Source: Phallusia mammillata (taxonomy: Eukaryota). From it: a stretch of 64,000 nucleotides of DNA. The notes beneath the pieces were generated by a model that ran no database searches, was not told the DNA's origin, and worked only from the letters and a program-made list of their open reading frames with translations. Where the stretch lies: positions 7,068,001 to 7,132,000 of the forward strand of contig OZ281500.1 in assembly GCA_965637545.1 (NCBI GenBank). The letters are read 5' to 3'. The position numbers were made by a program, and so were the translations under genes. Shown piece after piece: positions 12,701-24,265 of this stretch; the stretch's first letter is position 1; every line of letters starts with the position of its first letter.

Positions 12701-13306
12701 CCCTACACCACGATACAATCCCAAGAAGCCATCAGTTTTCCTAATATGTTTCACTGCAAAACAATATTTAATAAGTCAGTAGGCAAATGTAAAGGGCCAA
12801 ATTTGAAACAGGTTTATGACAGAAAAATTGTTGATGTTTGAAGTAGTTTGAAAAAGTGTCTTCTTTACATTTGAAAACATTTTAGAGATAAAATAAAAGT
12901 TACAATAAATTACAAGGAAATCAAACAAAATACCAAATAGAGATAAAAGACCAAATTTAACTTAACACAATATAAAAGCACACATAAATAGCCACTGTAC
13001 TTACTATACTCAAAAACGCCTGGGTATTGAAGTTGTTTTCGGAAGAACATGTTTCTTCCCATTACTGGTGCAAGCGGTTCATGTCCAAGCTGTAAAAATG
13101 ATGAGAAAAATTAAATGAAAATCAGCATCAGTTTCTATCCGTTTGGTAATAAATTTGAAAACAACTAAACATGATGATTGTCTCAATTGAAAATCAAGAT
13201 GTGCAAATCAGAATCCCACCTGAATTAGGACTTTGACATAAGTAAATGGATGTGCAAGCACAGTCATTCCTGCCCCAGCAGCAACAGATTGCCAGTCAAT
13301 ATCCAT
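9785..13306 (-). CDS. MTCH2: Mitochondrial carrier homolog (MTCH2-like), 9 exons, 303 aa
   Basis: Exons 13306-13220, 13089-13005, 12753-12647, 11652-11584, 11293-11236, 11050-10939, 10874-10781, 10446-10258, 9895-9785 total 912 nt with matching phases. Motifs HPFTYVKVLIQLGHEP, KEMIARCSAVIISQPFHVI, QFIGQET, GILGFFAGLAPRL, TYPL..MAVNG, SRGSSMWFRK. Confidence 0.95.
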
Positions 13307-13891
13307 GGTATGTTTTAGATTGTTTGTATGCAATGCAAAAACACAACTTCCCCTTAGCAGGCAAAAGTAAAATCTGTTTGAATTTGAAACAAAAACACGA
13401 CTTTGAAAACCAACACACCTTAAAACACCAGACAAAAGCTTGAAACTACATCACTAATATTAAATAACAAAATATGTCGAAGTCGAATCTCGCAATGAGC
13501 AATCGAGAGTCAAGAATCGAGAGTCGGGTGTCGGGACAGATTTCTGCATTGTGCAATCATCCGTAAAGAGCAAAGGTCTTTTTTCATACATAAATTATTT
13601 GCAACAATCTAATATGCCCGTTATTTGTTAATTTTAAACTGATGACCTGGATAAACAAATTAAAAACGTCCTTATTACGGCTCAGCCATTTTGTGTTAGT
13701 ATAACGTAAGAACTGACAGTAGCCAGGTTTGCGAAATTCCGGTGGGTGGCGCAACAGAACATAGGCGTTTATGGTGACAATAATCAAAGAACCCTGTCCT
13801 GGGTTCGAACCCCGTGAAAAAAAATCAAAGAACCCTTTAAATCGCTTGGTGCACATTTATATCGCTTGGTGCACCTTTATGCCACTTAGCG

Positions 13892-14839
13892 TAGGGTTGC
13901 CATACGTCCGGATTTTCCCTGACATGTCAGGGAATTTAGTGTTTAAATCTGCGTCAGGGAGAAATGTTAAAATGTACCTAAAAGTCCGGAATTTAAGAAA
14001 ATATATTTACATATTTTAGATTAATGTACTAACTGAGAAAGTTTCCAGTAGTTAGCTACAACCGCTTCTATACCAAACATAGAAATAAAAATCTGCGTCT
14101 CAAGAAAACACAGCATTCAATTCTACGTGGGAACGTGGAAAATTTCATTTGCTTTAACTGTGTACCTTGTTTTTTTTTCTGTGTGAAATTGGTCCGAATG
14201 GTTTTTAGAGTGGTTAAGGTTGGCGACCCCTTATATATGTGCTTATTGTTTCAAGGATAGTAAGATTAGTGAGCTTAGCCTAATAAACTTAACTAAACAG
14301 AAGCCTACGCAGAAACTTAAGTGACAAGGATCAGAGTATCGTATCTAACGTTTTGTAGTGTCGCCGTCCGTGTTATTTCCGAATATTCCAAATTTATTCC
14401 GGAATAGAAGTGTTTAGATCGCAAAAATGGTTAACGCAGCGGTTCTCAAACTGGGGTCCGCGGTCCTTTAGGGCATTTTGCGGGAACCGCGAAAAGATGT
14501 AAGTAATTCTTTATTCTTATTTGGCGTCAGTTTGTGCCACTGAATAAGTTTAAATCAAAGTAAAATTGAGAATCGACTGTCTCCATTGCTAAACAATGGC
14601 CTTTATTGTATGAAAACTAACAAAAATGCAATTGTTTGCGCACAATCGTAATGTTTTTGGCTTGTCTGTGATGTCAGATTTGGATCCTTGTTATGCGCAA
14701 TTTTGCATAACTAGCTAAAATCCTGCAATGAACTTTCGTTTTTCTATTTACACATTCAGAAAAGTTTGAGAAAAACTGGGTTAACGCAACCTAAATTAGT
14801 TTTGTCAGGGATTGTGTATCATAAAATATGGCAACCCTA
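13892..14839. mobile_element. Non-autonomous hAT element (948 bp)
   Basis: TIRs TAGGGTTGCCATA / TATGGCAACCCTA. Perfect 8-bp TSD ACTTAGCG at 13884-13891 and 14840-14847. Contains a nested CAGCGGTTCTCAAAC MITE end at about 14437. Confidence 0.9.
14515..14730 (+). repeat. Dispersed repeat; second diverged copy at about 50005-50205
   Basis: Shared blocks TATTTGGCGTCAG..TGAATAAGTTTAAATCAAAGTA..TTG(T)T(T/C)GCGCACAA..GGATC..TGTTATGCG..AACTAGCTAA occur at both loci. Confidence 0.7.
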
Positions 14840-15507
14840 ACTTAGCGCACCTTTATGTCACTTAGCGCACCTTAATATCGCTAGGTAAAGGTACATCTAG
14901 CATTATACAGATGCACCAAGCAAAATAAAGTTGCACCGAGCGATGTAAAGTTGCACCAGGCGATCCAAGTGATCCAAGCGATCCTGTATATTTTAGATGC
15001 ACCGCCGTGTGGTATGTTACGGCTCGTATCAATGCAAAGATTTATTTTGAAACGTTTGTGTTGTTTTGCAAGAAAATTTAACTTTTCGGTTGTCCTTATT
15101 TTAGAGTGTGGATGGCAACCCTGCCTATAGCAATGGTGGTTGTATGACGTAGGTTCATTGCGATTAAGCAAGCAACAAAACTGGGCCTATAGGTAACAGG
15201 TTCCTTTTGGGGGGATTTAATCATATTGGGATTAGTGTTTCGATACCTCATAATTATTTTTACGCTACGTCCCGCTACAAGGCTTTAAATATTTATTAGT
15301 CAAATGGATTATTAAATACATAAACACCCCTAAATAATTGAGTCAGCTATGAAGTTTGTTTAGCGATATGATAAACCATACAAACCTATAAAGCAAAAGA
15401 CCTATTAAAATATAGATTATGTCCGTGTATTTGGGTGGCCATGTATTATAACTATAAGAGCGCAAAGCTTAGATCATGTTAAGTAGGCTATTTGTTAGGC
15501 ATGTATA

Positions 15508-17094
15508 CAGTGCCGGCAAAAAAAATCTTTACATTCAATGGCAAAAAAAAACTTTACATGTCAATTTTGCAAAAAGTTATTAGCTTACTGTTTCCGCTAA
15601 AAACATTATGTTACAAAAACGCTTATAGTTATGTCATAAGCTACTGTCTGGCTACAAGCAGGGGTGGGGAACCTACTTAGTACTGCGGGCCGCATGAATT
15701 GCACAACATTTTCGGGCGGGCCAAATATTTTTTTTTTTTTTCAAATTCCGTGTCCCTAAGCACACAAGTGTTTTATATTTCATCGCTCCGGATTTTTTTT
15801 TATTTCATCGCTCCAGATTTTTTTCTTTGCTGTTACTTATTTGCAACAAACATGGAATTCAGGTTTATCACTTAATTCGACTAACATTTTTCCATTCTTC
15901 TGGAACACCCTAGCTCCGTTATACCGAATACATTTTATAGCTCTAAAATCAATTTAAAACTAACACCACATGGCAAATACTGCAAGGAGAGGCAATCGAG
16001 TCACTGTTACGTCACAAATACAGCAAGTGGTTGAATGTGTGGCAATTTTTGTACGTTTGGCGTCAAACGTGGAAGTGTCGAAGTCATTTCAAGTAAATAT
16101 TTGTACATAAACATTTTATTGTTTTTTTTATGTTAAGTTTTATGCTGTACTTTAACAAAATGTTGACGCGGGCCACTTTAAAAAGGCAAGCGGGCCGCAG
16201 GTTCCCCATCCCTGCTTTAAAGCAAGGCCATTGCTCTGCGTGCCTAGTGTTGCTTTACAGCTTCGTGAATAGTAAGGTCGGTGAAATCACACAATATTTC
16301 TTATTTTACCAAAGTTTTGAGGTCTTGCAAAATTTTATTCAAGCACTAAAATGGGTCGAAAGAAGATGCAAATTGGAGAAAAATCTTGTGCCTTGACTTT
16401 GTTAAAGAAGGGAGATTCTTTGATTGCTGCAGTGAGCATGGGCTTCTTGGCTGCACGGCGACATGGTAGCTTAAGATCCTTGTGGAGTCGATGACGAATT
16501 GTCTTGTTTGAAACGTTGTGGAAAAGCTCAGGGTGCTTGTTTTTTAATTCAACGGCGGTTATAGATGGATATGAGGTTACTTCATGCTTCAAAAGCTTCT
16601 CCGTACTTGGCGAAGTCTTCTTAGCTGCGCCAGAACCTGATTTCCTCCTCGGAGCCAACCTGTTTGGCAATTACGCCGCTGACCTTTTAATTGATAAATA
16701 ACCTTTCTTGGGACCCCCAATATCTCTGGCAACAGCAATCACAGAATATCTATTCTCTAGCAAAGTCAAGGCACAAGATTGTTCTTCCATTTGCATCATC
16801 TTTTGACCCATTTTGGTGTTTAAATAAAATTTTGCAAGACCCCGAAACTTTAGGAAAATAAAAAATATTGTGTGATTTCACCGACCTTACTATTCACAAA
16901 GCTGTAAAGCAACACTGGGCACGCAGAGCAATGGCTTTGCGGTAAAGTGTAGCCAGACAGTAGCTGATGAAATAACTATAAGCGTTTTTGTAACACAATG
17001 CTTTTGGCGGAAACAGTAAACAAAGAACTTAAGCAGAATTTACATGTAAAGTTTTTTTGCCGACCGAATGTAAAGATTTTTTTTGCCGGCACTG
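15508..17094. mobile_element. Tc1/mariner derivative with about 360-bp inverted arms and a decayed transposase 5' portion
   Basis: Termini CAGTGCCGGCAAAA / TTTTGCCGGCACTG with TA on both sides. Minus-strand remnant 16811 to about 16420 (MGQKMMQMEEQSCALTLL..VARDIG..*..RKSGSGAAKKTS..PSITAVELK..VSNKTIRHRL..RRAAKKPMLT) is a Tc1-type HTH region. No DDE domain. Confidence 0.9.
15659..16214. mobile_element. hAT-type MITE nested in the left arm of the Tc1 element
   Basis: TIRs CAGGGGTGGGGAACCT / AGGTTCCCCATCCCTG. Absent from the mirror arm. Right TSD CTTTAAAG; the left TSD is reduced to AG. Confidence 0.8.
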
Positions 17095-17108
17095 TAGACT
17101 ATATAGCC

Positions 17109-17429
17109 CACGGATGGGCAACCTTTTTAATACAGGGGCCAATTAGGAAAATGTATTGCTTACAGAAGGGCCGCACATCAAATAAACACTAATTTATATT
17201 TTCAGCTTTTACTAGAAAATCACGTACAAACGCACCTGAAATATCATAGCAGATACACATTAGTGTAGCGGTGTAGCCTATGGGTTACATCGCGCTTCAA
17301 ACAGGAAACTGAAAGAACAAAAGTTCCAACATTATGAACGCTCAAATCGCCTTATTTGGGGAAAAATAGCTGGAAGAAGATGAAGAGCCGCACAAAAAAC
17401 AGAAAAGGGCAGCACGTTCCCCACCCCTG
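17109..17429. mobile_element. hAT-type MITE (321 bp)
   Basis: Ends CACGGATGGGCAAC / GTTCCCCACCCCTG. Perfect 8-bp TSD ATATAGCC at 17101-17108 and 17430-17437. Confidence 0.85.
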
Positions 17430-17761
17430 ATATAGCCTGTTGTCGGGGTGTAACTTACACCGTGTAAGCTTTCGAAAATTCCAAACCCGGTCCGAACCCG
17501 AAAGTGCAAGACCAAAATTCAGCCCAAGCCCGAATTTTTTCAAAAAAATAAAGACCAAATTATAGGTCGATTCTGACAGAAAGGCAGAAGATCAATACGT
17601 GGGAACAGAAGAGAGCTATCGAGTCAATTGTTATTGAAATTTGCAATTCTATTCACAGACATGTAGATTAATTTTTAACAATCGCTAGGCAGACATCATC
17701 AGAAAACAATGGCGCATATAGGAGAGCACTGTTTTTGAACGAACTTATACTAATTTATACG

Positions 17762-18143
17762 CAGGGTTGCCATCGACTTGAAACCAAAAATAAGGACAAT
17801 GGAAGAATTAAATTTTCATATGAATAGAAACAAACGTTTTTGAACAAATCTTTGCATTTATACGAGCCATGACATATCATATGCAGTATTTTGGCCAGAA
17901 ACAATTTGTTCCAGCAACACCTTGTTCGTAGAGAATACTTTGTACATCTCCTGGCAGCTCAGGACTATAGGTTTATGTTACTTGTAGCAAGGATTTGACT
18001 AGTAAATGTTGAAAATAAAACAAAATAAGGACACAAGTCAAAAATAAGGACATTTCTTAGAAAAAAGGACAATGCATTTTTCTAAGACACTGCCCTTCAA
18101 AATAAGGACAAATCTTAGAAATAAGGACGGTATGGCAACCCTG
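17762..18143. mobile_element. hAT-type MITE (382 bp)
   Basis: TIRs CAGGGTTGCCAT / ATGGCAACCCTG. Subterminal AAAATAAGGAC repeats. Perfect TSD TTTATACG at 17754-17761 and 18144-18151. A solo end of the same family lies at about 15090-15123. Confidence 0.9.
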
Positions 18144-18863
18144 TTTATACGCCATGGCTCGGCCACCGTTTCGTTGGCAACGATTGTCTTTGAACAAAGA
18201 AAAGGTGCTTTGTGATTTATCGACTGACACCGAAACACAAAGGATTTGCTTTTGACAATCAGGGATCAAATAGCATAACAGTCCGGTTACTGGTCTATAA
18301 TAGAGCGTGAATTATTTAACAAAACCTGAATGACTGTGCACTTTACATGTGTTTCCATGTAATTATTAATTTTCCATTTTTCGCGAAACATTGCTTGATT
18401 ATTTTGAAGATTGTCGTTAATGGCATTATTAACAAAGTGGTATTTTTTCAAAGCTGGGTAAAATGCTTAACAATTGTGGGTTACTTTGAGATTGCCTAAA
18501 CAGCATTTTATGAAACAGCCTATTTATTGTCAATAAACTTTCACAGTGGTCTTGTTTTGCAGCCAAACACGGTTTATCATCAAAACATTAGCATATTGTT
18601 CCAATGGTTGCAAATCACATTTTATGGTCATTTATTTGTGTTCTTGTGTACGTGGGTATGTTGTGCTCTTGATTGTGCAAAATGTCTTGCTGCGCGCGTG
18701 ATAATTATATTACGCGTGTGTGTGTGCGTGCTTGGGATGTGTTCGGCCATTAGAGGCGCGTGTGGCGCTGAAAAGAAAAAGGCGTCTCGGACAAAAGATG
18801 TGACCCACCGGTGTCGTTTCACAGGCAGTTGGTAGTTTTGCCGTACAGCATCCATATCGTGCG

Positions 18864-21435
18864 ATGGACTTATTGTCGAATCGCAGCAATATGGAGAACA
18901 GCTTGTTTCCTGGCAACCACCAGCATAGCTCAGACTCAGAAGTTCGGGTGATCGACAGGTTTTCTTTCGCTTTCGATGAGAACAAACTAAATAATGACGA
19001 CCAGACCGCTCAATTACATCATACCTTACATCATCTCTCCCTCACCGGAAAGATGAGGGTAGTCATGGTGATGGCGTGTCTCATAGTCGTTCCTTCCTTC
19101 ATAATCTTCGTCATTTGCCTTCTCAAGGATAAACGAAGGATGCGGAAACTGGAAGCTGAGGCGAAAAGGGAAAGAAGTAGTTTTAGAAAGAAGGTGGGAA
19201 GGTAATGTTACTGCTCATATGAGCGTACAAATGTGATTTTGTATCGCCAAAGAAGTATGCTAGCATTATCAATATATAAACAGGCTGTTGGTGCCAGACA
19301 TAATGTGTTAACAAAACAAGTGCCGTTTCGACGTCCCATAAGTCCCATGAAGACGTCTCAAAAAAATTTCAGTAAAAAAATGCTGGAAGAGCCACCAATT
19401 TGTAATTATCAATATATTTCATGCAAAAATAGGACATTGTACAAACGCTAGGTATCAGATATCTGTTTTTATAATCGCCATTAAGCTGTGTTTTAAACAT
19501 ACTCCATGTATTGAGAGTGCCTCAGGATAAGCAGTTTTATTACAATCACGTCTTGGATTTAGAAAGTCTACTTGATTGCAACACATGGAAGCTTTAACGC
19601 ATGGATGCAGGTCATCAAAGATGATCACAGTGACTAAAATGAAATCCCTAGCAAAATCTAATACAACATAATTAACAAACCCGGCGGATTAGCGGGTCAA
19701 ATAATAAGGCAGCGGTACTAAGAAGGGCATGCACCCATATTTTTTGTAGAAGTCCTTGGTTATTTTTTTACCACCTAATAGAAGCGTTTTACCATGTTTT
19801 ACTGTTTGGTACATATATTCGATTTGGTTTGTGCCTTAGATTGCTCAAATTGTCTTAGATTGACATTGCAGTTTGACTTTAACTGATTTTATGCAAGCAG
19901 ATTAGTTGGTTAGCCAAAACATCAGGTAACTGCAGCTCCGAGATAGCTCTATAAAGCTCAACGACTTAAAATTGTGCCAATATGTAGCAGTATACGTTTG
20001 CCCACATACTTTGGAAAGTTGCGTTTTCGACATTGCGAGTATTTTTTGTCCGGAAACTCATGACGTATTGATCAGGTTCAGCAGAGTGTTATACACTGTA
20101 CAAGATTCGATATGTATCGACGGCATGTTCCTTTCACGAACAGTCGATATGCCAAATCTAATCAGAACCCATCAAACCGGCGCTTGTGACATTGCGTCAG
20201 ATTAACCATTTGTGGCTGCACAGTTTTCATCATGGATACGTCCATACTGTAGTGATGAAGACAACTTCTGTCAGCGGGAGTTATATTAGTACCAAAGAAC
20301 TGCTCTTGTCTCTCTACTGTCACAAGCCAAGAAATCGTTGCGACTTTGCACATTAGTCGAATTTGCGTATCCTAATCTGCTGAAGCATTAAACATGACAG
20401 AAATGTTCACCCATCCCTGTGATTGACACGCATATGAAGAGCATTGGAATTGACCCAATGGTTACCATTTATACAGGTGACCTTTACCTGATAATTCGGT
20501 AATAAACCTTTTCGCTCAGAAATTCTACACCTTTTTGGCAAGAAGTTCAACAGCAGCGCGAGGCTTTGGGTTGATAAATAATTTATTGACGCCGTCTTTG
20601 TAATCCCCTGAATTCAAAAAATGTGCGGCTTTGTAAATACCGAAAGTACAAAAGAAAAATGTTGGTGCAAATTGTTAGTACTCCCAAACTTCGTGTCAGT
20701 TAAGTTTTCATTCGGCTATGATTTTGGGTTGTAAGCACATCAGTCTGTACTGAGATAAGGTTTGTGATGGTTTTGGAAATCAATAAAATAATTCGATAAT
20801 AGTTTTATGCTTTTATGTCCACAGTTTGATGTCAGATTATTATGGTCTTGCTCTGTCAATCCAACATGATTACTTCACTAAAATCGAAAAACAAGTGCAG
20901 ATGTTAAAGCGTAGAATGTATTTACAACCTCTCAAACGCTTTTTGCAGTATAAGATGCGCACTCAAAGACGCATTTTGCGGGCTGTTCTTGTGTCATGTA
21001 ACAACAGAACTAACAACAACAAAAACACAACAATAGCACACAGATATTACACTTTGTGTTTTTTTGTGGTTTATAATAGCTACTTGTGACTCCAGCTGCA
21101 CCATTTTGTTTTAATACCTAATACATAAGATAATGTTACATGTCTTTATTATTATACTTTAGGCGCTAAAACAATATAAATTAAATTGATTGATAAGAAT
21201 TTTTCATTCTAGGATAAACTCAGAGACTGGACCCTCGAAGTATGACCGCCGACAAAACATTTCTTATGCTTATCACCACCCACGGGTACCAACGCGCAAT
21301 ACAGCTGACAACAACAACCTACGTAACGGAGAGTGGCGTCACACTCCCGACGTCACGAATCCAAAAGGGGAAAACCAATCAAGGCGAAGCTCGGAACGGA
21401 GGGTGGTTATAAATATACCAGAGGAAAACACGTAA
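18864..21435 (+). CDS. Orphan single-pass membrane protein without signal peptide (113 aa unspliced, or 227 aa in a 3-exon model)
   Basis: Exon 18864-19201 has an N-glycosylation sequon (NRS), TM VVMVMACLIVVPSFIIFVICLL and a basic stop-transfer segment. Phase-2 donor AG|GTAATG matches exons 20825-20947 and 21213-21435; total 684 nt with an open frame. No recognised family. Confidence 0.55.
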
Positions 21436-23029
21436 AAGGGATAAGGCACAGTATGTGGTGGTTAACTGATGGTTGTATACATAACAACATCCTTATCTGG
21501 AGACTGTTACACGCCAAGATAGCGACAAGGATTCCTGAAGCAAGAACGCTGCGCAATTATTTTCAATCACCGGGTGCGATACACGATTTGCCGGTAAACT
21601 ATTTCTTGGCATTTTTTACGATTAAATTTCATTCTTGTAAAGTTTGTTTATTTATGTGAAGAGGTTTTTGGTAGGTAGTAGCAAACTCTAAAGACACGCC
21701 TTGCACACTCTTCTGGTATTGGTCACTGATTCATGCTCTATTGCTGTTGGCCATGACTTATGATCATTTCAACCGATTTAGGTTTCTGAATATTTTTTGC
21801 AAAATGGATTGAAGTAAATTTTGTTGGCATTTTTTCAACTATTTGACTGTTTATGCTTGCTGTTAGCGATTTATCAACGAATAAATCCAAAGCCTAAATA
21901 GGCCCTATTACGCCAGCTTCCGGCATTTGGTTTTGTCTGTCATGCAATATTAATCCAGAGGCATGGCTTGCAACAACGCACCATTCATGTGGTGGTGAGG
22001 CAGGAACTGAAGGATGTGCTTTTTCTCAGTGCATGATTTAAAGGATAGCACGAGCGTTTGCCTCCGTAAACACTCATCAATATTGATTAGCCAGATGCCT
22101 ATCCTGGTGCCCACTAATTGCATTTCGTCGTCTTGCAAATTTTAAACACAAATAAAACCAGATAAGTGGGATCGGCTTAAGGGTTTTCTCCCACTTATTT
22201 GCATCATGTATATTTTAATAGCAATTGTGTGTCATACTTATCATGCTAGCAAATGTGCCTCGGAATACCAACACTGTCTGTATACAACAACACATAGCGC
22301 ATTAAATCCCAGCAGCACAGCTGTGCGTGCGTAGCCTACTTCGTAACCTACGACGTAAAGGTCACATCACACCACTATCCTGCAATAACGAAACGAGCCA
22401 CGTAACATCTGAAGCCAGCATCAACTTATGCCACCCTTGGGACTTGGCATCGGCTCATACCCTTTGCATATCAATTGCAAACGCCATCATAACTTTATTG
22501 TCTCCTAATTCGTTGTGTTGCAAAGTTTAAACTGGGTTTTCAACAGCTCACAGTGTTATAGATATAGTGTTATTAAATTGTTTGATTGTTGCATAATTTC
22601 TGTCCAAATCGAACTAACACCGGCAACGCAATGAAATTTTTATGTGCTAGCCTTAGCTGAGTTAGGAAACACCAGCACGAAACTATAACACACATACAGC
22701 AGGTTAACGCGTATAACGTAACTGTAAAAATAAACCACTGAAGCAAATAAAAATGATATTACAGAGTAAAACGCATGTTTAGAGCAGATGAAATAACAAG
22801 CAACGTATCACAACAATTTTGTAACACATTGAAATATCGTCTGCCATCTGCAGAAATATGTCTTTTGCAGTGGGTGTTGATTTGTCGGCGGATGACCAAA
22901 GGCGTGTCTGATTAGACCGTGGTTTAAAATTCCGTTTCGACTATTAAAACATATTGCCCGTATAAAAACCAGAATCTCTTTCTGTTGAAGAGGCGTTCGG
23001 TTGCATAAACAGATTTCCGCTGTAGCATT

Positions 23030-23265
23030 TCAAACAATTGACTCCATCTGCTTCTCCCGAGCCATGCATTTGCATGCGCCGATTGCACAGAAGGCTACAG
23101 GCAGGTAAGCCACCACTACGTTGCCCACCACCTGTAGTGGTGTCGTGTTGTCATATGGAATACCAATAGACCCGAATATCCACATCGTTGCCCCACCCAG
23201 CATGCATAGCAATGCGATTCCCCATAACAGCAATGTGCAGCCGACAGCTTTATACGAAGGTTTGT
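23030..23265 (-). CDS. Probable terminal exon encoding a two-TM hairpin (upstream exons not found)
   Basis: Acceptor TTTTTAG, phase 1, then KPSYKAVGCTLLLWGIALLCMLGGATMWIFG..LQVVGNVVVAYLPVAFCAIGACKCMAREKQMESIV and stop. Two hydrophobic segments. Confidence 0.4.
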
Positions 23266-24265
23266 CTAAAAAGTTGATTTTAAGCGATCAAGTAACAGTA
23301 ACACTAAACGCCTTGGTGGCAGGCTACACTTTGTCATAGTAATTTCGCTTTAAATAGGCTTATGTAGGCTATGCAACATTTCTATAATCTGTATAGTACA
23401 ACATTGTAAAGGAATTCATGCTGTAACCAACCTTCTATAACGTCGACTACCGGCATTTCCACTAAACCCGATACCTCCAGCGTTATGAGCTAGTCAGCAA
23501 TTACACAATAACCAGTTTATTAAGTTCCCTTACAACATGCAGACTACAGCCGCAATGCAACTAACCAAGCATGTTCAGCTAATCAATGTCACAGCAACCT
23601 TTGTTTGAAGCTCAGTCGTTTCGACTTCCGACATAAGTTAGGAATGATGCATTGCCTGCTGTCCGCGGCAAAAGATTTCAGTGTTTACACTTTGTTTGCG
23701 TTGCTGTGAAACGTGAACCATGGTATTATGTTGCGTTCGTGAACAATGCCAGACATTTTGCGGACAAAATGTCGACGGTAGGCTAATTTGATTTCAAATA
23801 GCAAAAATTCCATTATAAACACGTGATTAGACAAATTTGCTCGTTGTAATTATGGTTCTATCAAATATTAATGAACTCATCTTTTGTGAACTTTGATATC
23901 ATGTTCGTGATAGACTGCTGTTGAATTGTCCTTTGTAGAGATGTTTAACGAGGTACAGTACTAGTCACGACCATTATACCAAGCAAAGGCCTACAAATTA
24001 TATAAACTAGATTGCACGTTACTAGATTCGGATTGTATATCTCCATAAAATCAAAATATCAAAGATGGTAAACTAGTTTGAGACCAATGTACGGTGCCAA
24101 AAAGTGTCAAACGTTACCCCAAATACCTCAGCTATTTTTGTCATTTCGTCGATTAAAACAGCTATGACGCCAAACAGCCCATTATGACCAAAAAATCAGG
24201 TTCCATTCAAACTTGTGGAGTCCAAAAGTACTGAAATTAGGACAAAAGTGAACAACTGCTTCAAA

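Larger units (their letters stand above)
13830..15000. repeat. Foldback-like element built of about 20-bp units, split by a hAT insertion
   Basis: Left units ATCGCTTGGTGCAC(A/C)TTTAT and CACTTAGCGCACCTTTATG. Inverted right units AAAGTTGCACC(G/A)(A/G)GCGAT at about 14925-14965. Confidence 0.5.

Noticed and set aside
13208-13435. ORF-track N-terminal extension of MTCH2
   Set aside because: Homology starts at the Met at 13306; the upstream codons are 5' UTR or promoter.
13790-13830. GGGTTCGAACCCC B-box-like motif
   Set aside because: No A box or cloverleaf; at most a SINE or tRNA relic.
19970-20640. Exon-like, higher-GC minus-strand segments
   Set aside because: Every splice combination I tried hit stops, and no motif was recognised.
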